Origin: Candidatus Dormiibacterota bacterium
GTDB lineage: Bacteria; Chloroflexota; Dormibacteria; Aeolococcales; Aeolococcaceae
Assembly: GCA_963718525.1 (NCBI GenBank)
Contig: OY970355.1
Coordinates: 896,001 to 960,000, forward strand
Length of the DNA: 64,000 bases
Reading direction: 5' to 3'
Below are positions 9,609 to 18,207 of the stretch, one piece after another (the first letter of the stretch is position 1; each line of letters begins with the position of its first letter). The notes beneath the pieces are model-generated. The model was not told the origin of the DNA. It made no database searches and saw only the letters and a list, made by a program, of their open reading frames with translations. The position numbers and the translations under genes were made by a program.

Positions 9609-9646
9609 TTGGAAGCGGTCTGGCAACGTACTACACTCGCGAGCCC

Positions 9647-10732
9647 ATGGCCTTGCGAACCCCGCTGCACGACCGGCACGTCGCGGCCGGGGCACGCATG
9701 GTCGAGTTCGGCGGTTTCGACATGCCGTTGCAGTACTCGACGATCCGCGAGGAGCACGTGGCGGTCCGGACTCGCTGTGGCCTCTTCGACCTGTCGCACA
9801 TGGGCGAGGTGCGTTTCACCGGCGACAGGGCCCTCGACGACGTTCAGCGCCTGGTCACCAATGACGTCGCGCGCCTCGAGGTCGGCGGTGCCCTCTACGG
9901 CGTCATGTGCAACGACGGGGGCGGGATCGTCGATGACGTCGTCGTCTATCGCGAGGCGGGCGGGTACATGGTGGTGATCAACGCCGCCTGCCGGCCGAAG
10001 GATGTCGCCTGGATGGGCGACCACAGCGGTGACTCCAGGTTCGAGGACATCGGCGATTCGGTGGCGCTGCTCGCGGTGCAAGGCCCGCGCGCGGTCAGGC
10101 TGGTCAGCGGCCTGGCTGCCGACGACGTCGCCGAGCTCCGGCCGTTTCACTCCATCGACACGCAGGTTGCCGGCATCCAGGCGGCTGTGTCGCGCACGGG
10201 CTACACCGGTGAGGACGGTTTCGAGCTCTACGTCGACGCGTCGGACGCGCCAGCTCTCTGGGACAAGCTCCTGGAAGCCGGCGCTGGTGAGGGCCTGATC
10301 CCGTGCGGGCTCGGCGCGCGCGACACGCTGCGTCTCGAGGCTGGCCTGCGTCTCTACGGCCAGGACATGGACGACGCGACCGATCCGTACAGCTGCGCGC
10401 TGGGGTGGACCGTCAAGCTGCAGAAGGGCGAGTTCATCGGCAGGCCGGCGCTGCTCCAACTCGATCCATCGCATCCGCCGCGCCGATTCGTCGGCATCGA
10501 GATTGCAGGCAGGGCTATCGCTCGCCACGGACAGCAGGTGCTCGCAGCGGGCGAGCGGGTCGGCGAGGTCACGAGCGGGACCTACAGCTTCACCCTTGAT
10601 CACTCGATCGCCACGGCATCATTGGACGGCGACGTCCCCCTGGACGCCGAGCTCTCCGTCGACATCAGGGGCACCGCCGCCGCGGCAACGGTGGTGCCGC
10701 TGCCCTTCTACCGCCGCCCCAAGGGAGCCTGA
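9647..10732 (+). CDS. gcvT: Glycine cleavage system aminomethyltransferase T
   Basis: RTPL, FDLSHMG, SRTGYTGEDGFE and GLGARDTLRLEAG motifs. Confidence 0.96.
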   Translation: MALRTPLHDRHVAAGARMVEFGGFDMPLQYSTIREEHVAVRTRCGLFDLSHMGEVRFTGDRALDDVQRLVTNDVARLEVGGALYGVMCNDGGGIVDDVVVYREAGGYMVVINAACRPKDVAWMGDHSGDSRFEDIGDSVALLAVQGPRAVRLVSGLAADDVAELRPFHSIDTQVAGIQAAVSRTGYTGEDGFELYVDASDAPALWDKLLEAGAGEGLIPCGLGARDTLRLEAGLRLYGQDMDDATDPYSCALGWTVKLQKGEFIGRPALLQLDPSHPPRRFVGIEIAGRAIARHGQQVLAAGERVGEVTSGTYSFTLDHSIATASLDGDVPLDAELSVDIRGTAAAATVVPLPFYRRPKGA

Positions 10733-10734
10733 AC

Positions 10735-11112
10735 GTGGCTGATCTCTCCAACTACCGCTTCACCGCCACCCACGAGTGGGTTCGCACCGACGGCTCGAAC
10801 GCGACTGTGGGGATCAGCGATCACGCTCAGGCGCAGCTCGGCGACGTGATCTTTCTCGAGCTTCCGGCGGTCGGGACCGAGGTGAAGGCGGGTGCCAAGT
10901 TCGGCGCCATCGAGTTGGTCAAGGCGGCCTCCGATCTGTATTCGCCCGTGAGCGGGACCGTGGCCGAGGTGAACTCGGCGCTGAACGACCGCCCGGAGCT
11001 CGTCAACTCCGACCCGTACGGTGAGGGCTGGATGCTCCGTCTCGAGAGTTCGAGCGACGACGGCGGGGACCTGCTCGATGAGGCGAGCTACACAAAGCTC
11101 GTCGGCGCCTGA
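10735..11112 (+). CDS. gcvH: Glycine cleavage system H protein
   Basis: HEW, GISDHAQAQLGD, lipoyl-Lys in ELVKAASD, NSDPYGEGW. Confidence 0.95.
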   Translation: MADLSNYRFTATHEWVRTDGSNATVGISDHAQAQLGDVIFLELPAVGTEVKAGAKFGAIELVKAASDLYSPVSGTVAEVNSALNDRPELVNSDPYGEGWMLRLESSSDDGGDLLDEASYTKLVGA

Positions 11113-11129
11113 CCTAGACTTCTGGCCGG

Positions 11130-11206
11130 GGTCAGCTAGCTCAGCTGGTTAGAGCGCGCGGTTCACATCCGCGAGGTCGAGGGTTCGAGTCCCCCGCTGA
11201 CCACCA
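11130..11206 (+). tRNA. tRNA-Val (anticodon CAC)
   Basis: Acceptor stem GGTCAGC/GCTGACC plus ACCA; anticodon arm CGCGG-TTCACAT-CCGCG; T-loop GTTCGAGT. Confidence 0.96.
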
Positions 11207-11231
11207 TCTCCGTCAGTCGACCTTGGCGCGC

Positions 11232-11771
11232 TCACTCCCCGGTCTCCCCGTCGACCGCTTCCCTGATCAGGTCGGCGTGACCGTTGTGCCGCGCGTACTC
11301 CTCGATCATGTGGCAGAGGATCCAGCGCAGGCTCGGCACCTCACCGCTCGGTTCGGAGCGCTTGGCCAGGTGCCCCGGGCCGCCATCGGCCAGGGCTTTC
11401 TGGACGTTGGCGCGGGCGCGATCCACCCGCTCCTGCCAGAGCGCGCGCAGCTGCTCTGGTGTGTCCTGGGCCGCCGTGCGCCATTCCCAGTCGGGTTCCG
11501 CCTCCCAGTCGACGCTGTCCCACGGCGGTGCCGACTCTCGGCCCTCCAGCCACTCGGAGAACCAGTAGTCCTCCACCAGCGCCAGATGCTTGAGCATGCC
11601 CCCGAGCGTCATCGACGAGGCCGCTACGGTTGCCTGCAACCCCACCGCGTCGAGCCCGGCGGTCTTCCAGGCGAAGGTCGCGCGCTGGAACTCGAGGAAC
11701 CCGACCAGGGTCGCGGCCTCGTCGCCCGCGGAAGGCGGCCTCGGACGGCCCTGCTCGTCCAACTCAGTCAT
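11232..11771 (-). CDS. DinB/DUF664 family protein
   Basis: TLGGMLKHLALVE and SLRWILCHMIEEYARHNGHADLIRE motifs. Confidence 0.9.
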   Translation of the reverse strand: MTELDEQGRPRPPSAGDEAATLVGFLEFQRATFAWKTAGLDAVGLQATVAASSMTLGGMLKHLALVEDYWFSEWLEGRESAPPWDSVDWEAEPDWEWRTAAQDTPEQLRALWQERVDRARANVQKALADGGPGHLAKRSEPSGEVPSLRWILCHMIEEYARHNGHADLIREAVDGETGE

Positions 11772-11805
11772 GTCGCAGCTCAGTCATGTCGCAGCTCAGC
11801 CATGT
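11763..11805. repeat. 16-bp tandem repeat CTCAGTCATGTCGCAG (two full copies plus a partial copy)
   Basis: Copies at 11763-11778 and 11779-11794; partial CTCAGCCATGT at 11795-11805. Confidence 0.85.
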
Positions 11806-12755
11806 TGGATTGACTCTATCGACGCGGACGGCTCCCGGAAGTAGTGGCCCTGGTCGAGGTCGTCGAGGAGCCCTGGCTGGGTCGGTTCCCACCCCAGGAC
11901 CGCGCGGGTGAGCGCGCTCGAAGCCGGGCTGTCCAGTCCGACGAAGCCGCCCAGTGGCGCGAAGTGCTCTGGTGCGTCATCGGGAGCAATCGAAACCACC
12001 GGCAGATCCAGGTGGCGGCCGATGACTCCGGCGATGTCGCGCAGCGGCACACCCTCGTCCGCGACCGCGTGGAGCGTCGAGCACGCCGGAGCCCCCTCGA
12101 GCGCCAGACGGAAGAGATGCGCCGAATCCAGCCGGTGAACGGCAGGCCACCGGTTGCTCCCATCGCCGACGTACCCGGAGACGCCCTTGTCGCGGGCGAT
12201 ATGGACGAGCGTCGCCATGAAGCCGTGATCTCCATCGCCGTGATTCGTCGGTGGCAGCCGGAGGACCGATGAGCGGACGCCGCTGGAAGCGAGGGAGAGC
12301 GCCAACTCGGCGGTGCCATGCCGGGTCCGCGGACCGCCGCCCAGCGCCGCGAGCGCCGGACTGAGATCGTGACCGTCCAGTTCGGTGGCCACGTGGCCAA
12401 GTGCGACCCCGAGGGTACCTGAGGCGATCAGGAGTGGGCGATCCGAGCCGGCGAGCGCTTCGCCGAATGTCTCGACGGCACGGCGGTCGGCATCCGCGGC
12501 GTCCTGAAAGCCACCTGAGAACGCGATGTCGTGCTTGAAGGCAAGGTGGATCACGCCGTCCGAAGCGGCTGCTGCCTCTCGCAGCCCGGCGAGGTCGTCG
12601 AGGCTGCCACGACGCACCTCTGCCCCAGCCGCGACCACCGCGGCGGCCGAGGCGTCCGAGCGAGCCAGGCCGACAACCTGATGACCCGCTTCGAGGAGTT
12701 CGGAAACGACGGCGGAGCCGATCCAGCCGGACGCGCCGGTGACGAACACATGCAT
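11796..12755 (-). CDS. SDR / NAD-dependent epimerase-dehydratase family oxidoreductase
   Basis: MHVFVTGASGWIGS Rossmann motif, GVIHLAF, RWPAVHRLD. Confidence 0.9.
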   Translation of the reverse strand: MHVFVTGASGWIGSAVVSELLEAGHQVVGLARSDASAAAVVAAGAEVRRGSLDDLAGLREAAAASDGVIHLAFKHDIAFSGGFQDAADADRRAVETFGEALAGSDRPLLIASGTLGVALGHVATELDGHDLSPALAALGGGPRTRHGTAELALSLASSGVRSSVLRLPPTNHGDGDHGFMATLVHIARDKGVSGYVGDGSNRWPAVHRLDSAHLFRLALEGAPACSTLHAVADEGVPLRDIAGVIGRHLDLPVVSIAPDDAPEHFAPLGGFVGLDSPASSALTRAVLGWEPTQPGLLDDLDQGHYFREPSASIESIQHG

Positions 12756-12774
12756 GAAGGCCTCCTTCGGTTTG

Positions 12775-12821
12775 ATGTCAGTTGCTGTCATCACTCTACC
12801 ACGTATGTCAGTCACTGTCAT
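12775..12821. promoter_or_regulatory. Two imperfect palindromes ATGTCAG-N3-CTGTCAT; probable TetR operators
   Basis: 12775-12791 and 12805-12821, between the divergent SDR and TetR genes. Confidence 0.75.
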
Positions 12822-12843
12822 CACAGACCGGTAGAATCACCGC

Positions 12844-13431
12844 ATGGCACGTTGGGAGCCGGACAGCCGAGGCAGGCTCGAGCGTGCGGCGCTCGCGCTC
12901 TTCGGCGAGCGCGGCTTCGAGAACACGACCGTTGCGGAGATCGCAGCCCGGGCAGGGCTGACGGAGCGAACCTTCTTCCGGTACTTCGCCGACAAACGTG
13001 AGGTCCTGTTCGGGGGTGCCGGTGCGCTTCGCGAGCTCTTGGTCAGGACGGTTGACGCCGCGCCTGCGACCGCCGAGCCCCTCGACGTTATCGTGGCCGC
13101 TTTCGAGGCGGCCGCCACCATGCTCCAGGAGCGGCGCGCATTCTCGCTGCAGCGTCACGTCGTGATCGCCGCGAATGCCGAGTTGGGTGAGCGCGAGGTG
13201 ATCAAGCTCTCCTTAATCTCCGCTGCACTCGCCGACGCGTTGCGCCGGCGCGGAGTCGCAGGCTCGGCGGCGTCGCTGACCGCTGATACCGGAATCGCGA
13301 TCTTCCGTGCCGCGTTTCAAACCTGGGTCGATGTGGCCGAGCAGCGAGAACTTCCGCAGCTCATCCGCGACACCTTCGAAGAGCTGAGGGCCGTTGCCGC
13401 GGGTGCCGAGATGCGTGGCGCGCGAGTCTAA
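12844..13431 (+). CDS. TetR family transcriptional regulator
   Basis: GFENTTVAEIAARAGLTERTFFRYFADK helix-turn-helix. Confidence 0.93.
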   Translation: MARWEPDSRGRLERAALALFGERGFENTTVAEIAARAGLTERTFFRYFADKREVLFGGAGALRELLVRTVDAAPATAEPLDVIVAAFEAAATMLQERRAFSLQRHVVIAANAELGEREVIKLSLISAALADALRRRGVAGSAASLTADTGIAIFRAAFQTWVDVAEQRELPQLIRDTFEELRAVAAGAEMRGARV

Positions 13432-13451
13432 AGTCTCGAGATCGTCACCGG

Positions 13452-14048
13452 TCACCACACGAAGGGGATCAACCGCTTCGTGCGCCGGCTGTACGCCGCA
13501 TATCCGGGAAGATCGCGGCGCAGCAGTGCTTCCTCGGCTGAGACCCGTCGGTGATACGCGAGCCCGAGAAGGCCGCCGACCGTCTCGACCACCGCGACGC
13601 TGCGCGATGTTAGTGCGAATCCTGTCCAGAACAAGAGCGATCCCGCGTACCCGGGATGGCGCAGGAATCGATACGGTCCGCGGTCGACGACGCGTTGCCC
13701 ATGCCCGACGCGCAGGGTCCGCGAATAGGACTGGCCGAGCGTACGCATCGACCACGCGCGCAGGCCGAGCCCGGCCGCTTCCAGACCGACACCCACGGGG
13801 CCGGCGGCGGCGCGCAGCCGCGGCCGCCGTAGGGTGCGGACCATGGGCGCCACCACCACCGCCGCTGCGTATGCCGAGATGATCATCCGGGTGGTTCCGC
13901 GATCATCGCGTGAAGCCTCCAGGCTCGCCGCTGCACCCCGTTCACGCGTCGACCTCTCGAGCACGAAGAAGGCTACGACACCCGCGTACCCGGCCACGAA
14001 CCATCCGATTCCATCGCCACGGCTTCGTCGCTCCGGCACCACGCGCAC
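13452..14048 (-). CDS. Isoprenylcysteine carboxyl methyltransferase (ICMT/Ste14) family membrane protein
   Basis: GPYRFLRHPGY, EEALL and Y..Y..RT.RLIPF motifs. Confidence 0.85.
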   Translation of the reverse strand: MRVVPERRSRGDGIGWFVAGYAGVVAFFVLERSTRERGAAASLEASRDDRGTTRMIISAYAAAVVVAPMVRTLRRPRLRAAAGPVGVGLEAAGLGLRAWSMRTLGQSYSRTLRVGHGQRVVDRGPYRFLRHPGYAGSLLFWTGFALTSRSVAVVETVGGLLGLAYHRRVSAEEALLRRDLPGYAAYSRRTKRLIPFVW

Positions 14049-14085
14049 GGCGAGAGCGTGACACCTGGCTGGTACGCTCCGTCAC

Positions 14086-15234
14086 ATGAGTGACGACCGC
14101 CCCGTACTGCTCTTCGGTGAGACGTATCACCACCCGAACATCCTTTATCGCACCGGATTCCTTGTGCCGGACCCGATCGTGGTGGTCGATCGCGGCGGCG
14201 ATGACACCGTGCTGTGGGCGAGTGCACTCGAGGAGGGTCGCGCACGCAAGGAGGCATCGGTCGGTCAGGTGCGCAGCATCCTCGAGCTGACCATCCCGGC
14301 GGCGCGCCCTGGTGGCAACGAATTCGACGGCTGGGCGAATCTGGTGGAGGCCGTCTGTCGCGAGCACGGTCTCGCTGCGGTGGATGTCGATGCCGACTTT
14401 CCAGCGGTGCTCGCCGACCACCTGCGCCACAGCGACGTCGACGTCCGGCCGCTGACCAGCATCTATCAGCAGCGGCGCCGCATCAAGAGTCCGCAGGAAA
14501 TCGAGTGGATCACTGCAACAGAGAACGCCGGCATGGCCGCACTCCAGAAGGCGATCGATGTGATCGCAGCCGCTGAGATCCGCGATGGGCTCCTGGTTCG
14601 GGACGGTCGCAACCTCAGCAGCGCGGACCTGATCTTCGCCGTCGAGAGTCACCTGCTCGACAACGGCTACGGCACCGAGGACTCGATCTGCTGCGGTGGG
14701 CCCGAGTCGGCGGACCCACACCGCGCGATGAGCGATGTCATCCGCGCCGGGTTGCCGATCGTGCTCGACATCTACCCATTCGACAAGCGCACCCGCTACT
14801 GGGGCGACATGACCCGCACGGTGGTGCGCAGCACGCCGCCACCGGAGGCGATGCGCATGTGGGACGCCGTGCTCGAGGCGCAGCAGGCGGGGCTCGACAC
14901 CGTCAAGCCCGGAGTGAATGGCCGCGATGTGCATTTCGCCTGCTGCGAGGTTTTCAAGCAGCACGGCTACGGCTCGCTGCCCAGACCCTACCGGGACATC
15001 CAGAGCGATGCGCGCTTCATCCACGGCACCGGGCACGGGCTGGGGCTCGAGATCCACGAATATCCCCGGATCAGCGAGGCGGACGTTGTCCTCGAGGTCG
15101 GAGATGTGATCACTGTCGAGCCCGGGCTGTACGACCCACGCTTCGGGGGCATCCGCATCGAGGATCTCGTGGTCGTCACCGAGACCGGCTGCCGGAATCT
15201 CACCACCCTGCCCAAGACGTTCCGGCTGGACTGA
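14086..15234 (+). CDS. Xaa-Pro aminopeptidase (M24)
   Basis: YWGDMTRT, HGTGHGLGLEIHE, TVEPGLY and GIRIED motifs. Confidence 0.93.
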   Translation: MSDDRPVLLFGETYHHPNILYRTGFLVPDPIVVVDRGGDDTVLWASALEEGRARKEASVGQVRSILELTIPAARPGGNEFDGWANLVEAVCREHGLAAVDVDADFPAVLADHLRHSDVDVRPLTSIYQQRRRIKSPQEIEWITATENAGMAALQKAIDVIAAAEIRDGLLVRDGRNLSSADLIFAVESHLLDNGYGTEDSICCGGPESADPHRAMSDVIRAGLPIVLDIYPFDKRTRYWGDMTRTVVRSTPPPEAMRMWDAVLEAQQAGLDTVKPGVNGRDVHFACCEVFKQHGYGSLPRPYRDIQSDARFIHGTGHGLGLEIHEYPRISEADVVLEVGDVITVEPGLYDPRFGGIRIEDLVVVTETGCRNLTTLPKTFRLD

Positions 15235-15320
15235 GATCGGCTCCTGCTACACTGCGAACGCTTCTCATCGAGGAGCGTTTCCACATAACGCTTTCCTGCG
15301 CCCGGATCGCGACTGCCTGA

Positions 15321-15374
15321 CCACCTCGGCAGTCACAGCACCCCGGGCGCCGCAAGCCCAGAGGAAAGGAGGTG
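15321..15374 (+). promoter_or_regulatory. Candidate rpsF leader (S6:S18 autoregulatory RNA)
   Basis: GGGC-GCCGCAA-GCCC hairpin; CCACCTC/CACCCC can pair with the strong SD AAGGAGGTG directly upstream of rpsF. Confidence 0.4.
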
Positions 15375-15380
15375 CCACGC

Positions 15381-15842
15381 ATGGTGCGTGACTACGAGCT
15401 GATGTACATCGTCCGGCCGGAGCTGGAGGATGACGCGGTGCGCGTCACCGTGAAATCGGTGCGCGCGCTGATCGAATCCCAGGAGGGCGAGGTCGTCAAG
15501 ACCACGCTCTGGGGGAAGCGGCGCCTCGCCTACGAGGTGAAACGGCTGCGCGAGGGCCACTACGTCCTGGTCGTCTTCCACCTGGACGGCGGCAAGGTTG
15601 CCGAGATCGAGCGCGCGCTCAGGATCCACGACACGGTCTTTCGCCATCTCATCGTCGTCCACGAGGGTCCGATGCCCGAGCCTGAGGCCGAGATCGAGGA
15701 GGTGCAGGGGCCGGTCGAGCCCGAGGCTGAAATCGACCGCGGAGACGCGGATACTGTCGCTGCAGGGTCCGTGGGTGGGGACGACGATCTGGAAGCAGAC
15801 GACGTCCCCTCGGCAATCGATGACGACGAAGGAGATTTGTGA
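15381..15842 (+). CDS. rpsF: 30S ribosomal protein S6 with long acidic C-terminal extension
   Basis: RDYELMYIVRPEL and WGKRRLAYEV motifs; rpsF-ssb-rpsR synteny. Confidence 0.95.
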   Translation: MVRDYELMYIVRPELEDDAVRVTVKSVRALIESQEGEVVKTTLWGKRRLAYEVKRLREGHYVLVVFHLDGGKVAEIERALRIHDTVFRHLIVVHEGPMPEPEAEIEEVQGPVEPEAEIDRGDADTVAAGSVGGDDDLEADDVPSAIDDDEGDL

Positions 15843-16294
15843 TGGCGGGTTCTCTCAATCGCGTGATGCTCATCGGCAGGCTGACCCGCGACCCCGAGCT
15901 CCGGTACACGCCGAGTGGAACAGCCGTCTGCAACCTCGCGCTCGCGACCAACAGGTACGGGAGCGACCCGGCGACCGGCGAACGCAAGGAATTCACGGAC
16001 TACCACGACGTGGTCGTCTGGAACCAGGGCACTCGCAAGCTGGCCGAGACCACGGCGCAGTACCTCCAGAAGGGAAGGCTCATCTACGTCGAGGGCCGCC
16101 TGCAGACGCGCTCCTGGGACGACGCCCAGAGTGGCCAGAAGCGCTACAAGACCGAGGTCAACGCCAACGACGTGCAGTTCCTTGACAGCAGCGGCCGTCA
16201 GGATGGTGCGCCCGCCGGCGACGGCGGCGGAGCAGCAGTGCCGGTCAGCGTGCCGGCGGGCGGTGACGTCGACCCTGATGACATTCCATTCTGA
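15842..16294 (+). CDS. ssb: Single-stranded DNA-binding protein
   Basis: [32 protein letters not shown]-terminal DDIPF. Confidence 0.97.
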   Translation: MAGSLNRVMLIGRLTRDPELRYTPSGTAVCNLALATNRYGSDPATGERKEFTDYHDVVVWNQGTRKLAETTAQYLQKGRLIYVEGRLQTRSWDDAQSGQKRYKTEVNANDVQFLDSSGRQDGAPAGDGGGAAVPVSVPAGGDVDPDDIPF

Positions 16295-16305
16295 GCTGGA
16301 GAGCC

Positions 16306-16533
16306 ATGCCTGATTTCGACCGCCGCCGCCGCAAGGTGTGCAGCTTCTGCCTGGAGCACATCGACTTCATCGATTACAAGGAGGTCACCCGGCTGCGCCG
16401 GTACCTGTCGGAGCGAGGAAAGATCCTGCCGCGCCGGATGACCGGGACGTGCGCGCGCCATCAGCGTTCGCTGACCGTGGCGCTGAAGCGGGCGCGGCAC
16501 ATCGCGCTGCTGCCGTTCGCGGAGATCCGCTAA
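16306..16533 (+). CDS. rpsR: 30S ribosomal protein S18 (Zn-binding C+ form)
   Basis: [29 protein letters not shown]. Confidence 0.97.
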   Translation: MPDFDRRRRKVCSFCLEHIDFIDYKEVTRLRRYLSERGKILPRRMTGTCARHQRSLTVALKRARHIALLPFAEIR

Positions 16534-16698
16534 CCACCGAGCCCCGTCGATGGCGCCTTGAGCAGGATGACGTTGTCCAGCGCCGATCCGCCCGCACCGG
16601 TTGCGGCGAAACCGACGGTTGTCGTCGCCGTGGTTGCAAGCAACGACAGGTCTCCGTCGGTGCGTCTGCTCCCGGGCTGACGGACGCGCCGTCCTCGT

Positions 16699-17007
16699 TC
16701 AACGTGAGCGGCGCCAGCCTCGAGAGCGGAGGTGGCGACGCCTGCTGATGCAGTGGTTGACACACACCCGTGTCAGCCACGCAGCCGGTAGCTCCATCCT
16801 CGCGAGGGAGTCCCATGACCGCCACGCCTTGAGGAGGGTCTCCTGAACCGCGTCCTCGGCCTCGCCTTGGTCGCGAAGGATCGACAACGCGAGGCCATAC
16901 AGCCTGCGGGCATCGGCGACGGCGACCGCCTCGAACGTCCGGCCGGGCGCCGGCTCGCTCGCCCTGGACACAACTGTCGAGGCAATCACCTCTATCCCAA
17001 CGCTCAC
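16699..17007 (-). pseudogene. Truncated ECF sigma factor (region 2 only; region 4 absent)
   Basis: AEDAVQETLLKAWRSW and AWLTRVCVNHC, then a stop; no sigma-4 HTH found in any minus-strand frame before rpsR. Confidence 0.7.
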
Positions 17008-17055
17008 CGAACCGGTTTTGCTGACACGCCGCTCCTATACTGGGCCGACAGGCGC

Positions 17056-18096
17056 ATGCGCCATCACCGGGCTCGTTCTCTCCACATCCTCGCCATGGCC
17101 CCGGTCGCCGCGATTGCCGCGGCTGTCCTCGGCCCGACGCCTCACGCCGTCGCAGCGTCCAGGGCACCAGCTCCGATCGTTGTCACCATCGATCCGGCCC
17201 ACGGCGGCCGGCCTGATCCGGCGCATCCGACCCACCCATTCGATGTCGGGGCGATCGCACTCAATGGTCTGGTCGAGAAGAACGTCGACCTCGACGTCGG
17301 AATCCGGCTGGCGAAGTTGCTGCGCGACGACCTGGTCGACGTGGTCATGACCCGAACTTCCGACGTCTACGTCTCACCCGCACAGCGCGAGCGGATCTCG
17401 ATTGCACATCACGCGGCACTCGTGGTCGGCATCCAGGCGAACGCCTCCGCCAATCCTCGTATTGGCGGCTCTCTCGTGCTCTATCCGGCAGCGGCGAGTG
17501 CGGCATTCGCGCAGACAGTGAGTGACGCACTCACCGCTCAGATCAGCGTTGATGGGACCCCCGACGGCGGTACGCGTCTCGGCGACACCGCGTGGGTTCG
17601 CAACCCCGTACCCCTGGCGTCAGTGGCGATGGGATATCTGAGCAACGGGGTCGACGCCTCGCTCATGGATACCGCGTTGTTCCGGCAGGATGTGGCGATC
17701 GGCGTGCGCGACGGGATCGAGGCGTACCTGCCCGCGATCGTCGCCCGACGCGACGCGATCCGAGCCTGGCGAAGCAGTCACCCCGGAATGGTGGCGCCAG
17801 GCTCCTTCGCCCCGGCGTCCGCCGTGCTTGGTGGGACCAACGGGTTCCAGTTCGGTGTGGTCATCGCCTGGCTTGCCGCCATCAGCGCCGCCGGGCTGGT
17901 GCTCCTGTTCCGTGAGGCGGTCGGACGCTTTATCGTGGTGTTCGTCGCCCTGATGGTTCGCCTGATCGGTGCGGTGATGTGGCTGGCCACTCATGTGGTG
18001 AGAAGAGGCCGCCGCCGCGCTCGGGTCCGCGCGGGCTGGCAAGCCGAGCCGGAACAGGTCAGAAGTGGATCCGTGTACGACGATATTCCGCTCTGA
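17056..18096 (+). CDS. Amidase_3-fold (N-acetylmuramoyl-L-alanine amidase-like) membrane protein, predicted catalytically degenerate
   Basis: IDPAHGG, EKNVDL and MTRTSD present; SIHAN is GIQAN and the catalytic E (LVExGF) is SVAMGY; C-terminal hydrophobic segments; ends DDIPL. Confidence 0.85.
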   Translation: MRHHRARSLHILAMAPVAAIAAAVLGPTPHAVAASRAPAPIVVTIDPAHGGRPDPAHPTHPFDVGAIALNGLVEKNVDLDVGIRLAKLLRDDLVDVVMTRTSDVYVSPAQRERISIAHHAALVVGIQANASANPRIGGSLVLYPAAASAAFAQTVSDALTAQISVDGTPDGGTRLGDTAWVRNPVPLASVAMGYLSNGVDASLMDTALFRQDVAIGVRDGIEAYLPAIVARRDAIRAWRSSHPGMVAPGSFAPASAVLGGTNGFQFGVVIAWLAAISAAGLVLLFREAVGRFIVVFVALMVRLIGAVMWLATHVVRRGRRRARVRAGWQAEPEQVRSGSVYDDIPL

Positions 18097-18207
18097 GCAC
18101 TGAGGACACGAGCATTCGGCGGCGGTAGCACCACGTGCCGGCACAGGCAGGCACCCCGACGGTGGTCTCGGGTCGTGTCGCGCGCGGCCTTCGGTAGACT
18201 TCGGCTC

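Noticed and set aside
9609-9646. Glycine riboswitch upstream of gcvT
   Set aside because: Only 38 bp separate gcvT from the divergent acylase gene, leaving no room for an aptamer.
10735-11112. GcvH lipoylation motif ELVKA rather than ESVKA, and no gcvP nearby
   Set aside because: The lipoyl-lysine is retained, one substitution may be drift or error, and gcvP is often encoded elsewhere.
11763-11805. Possible mini-CRISPR
   Set aside because: The repeats are directly adjacent with no spacers and are only 16 bp; no cas genes are in the window.
11190-14085. Integrative element at tRNA-Val
   Set aside because: No integrase, and no duplicated tRNA 3' end (att site) was found downstream by eye.
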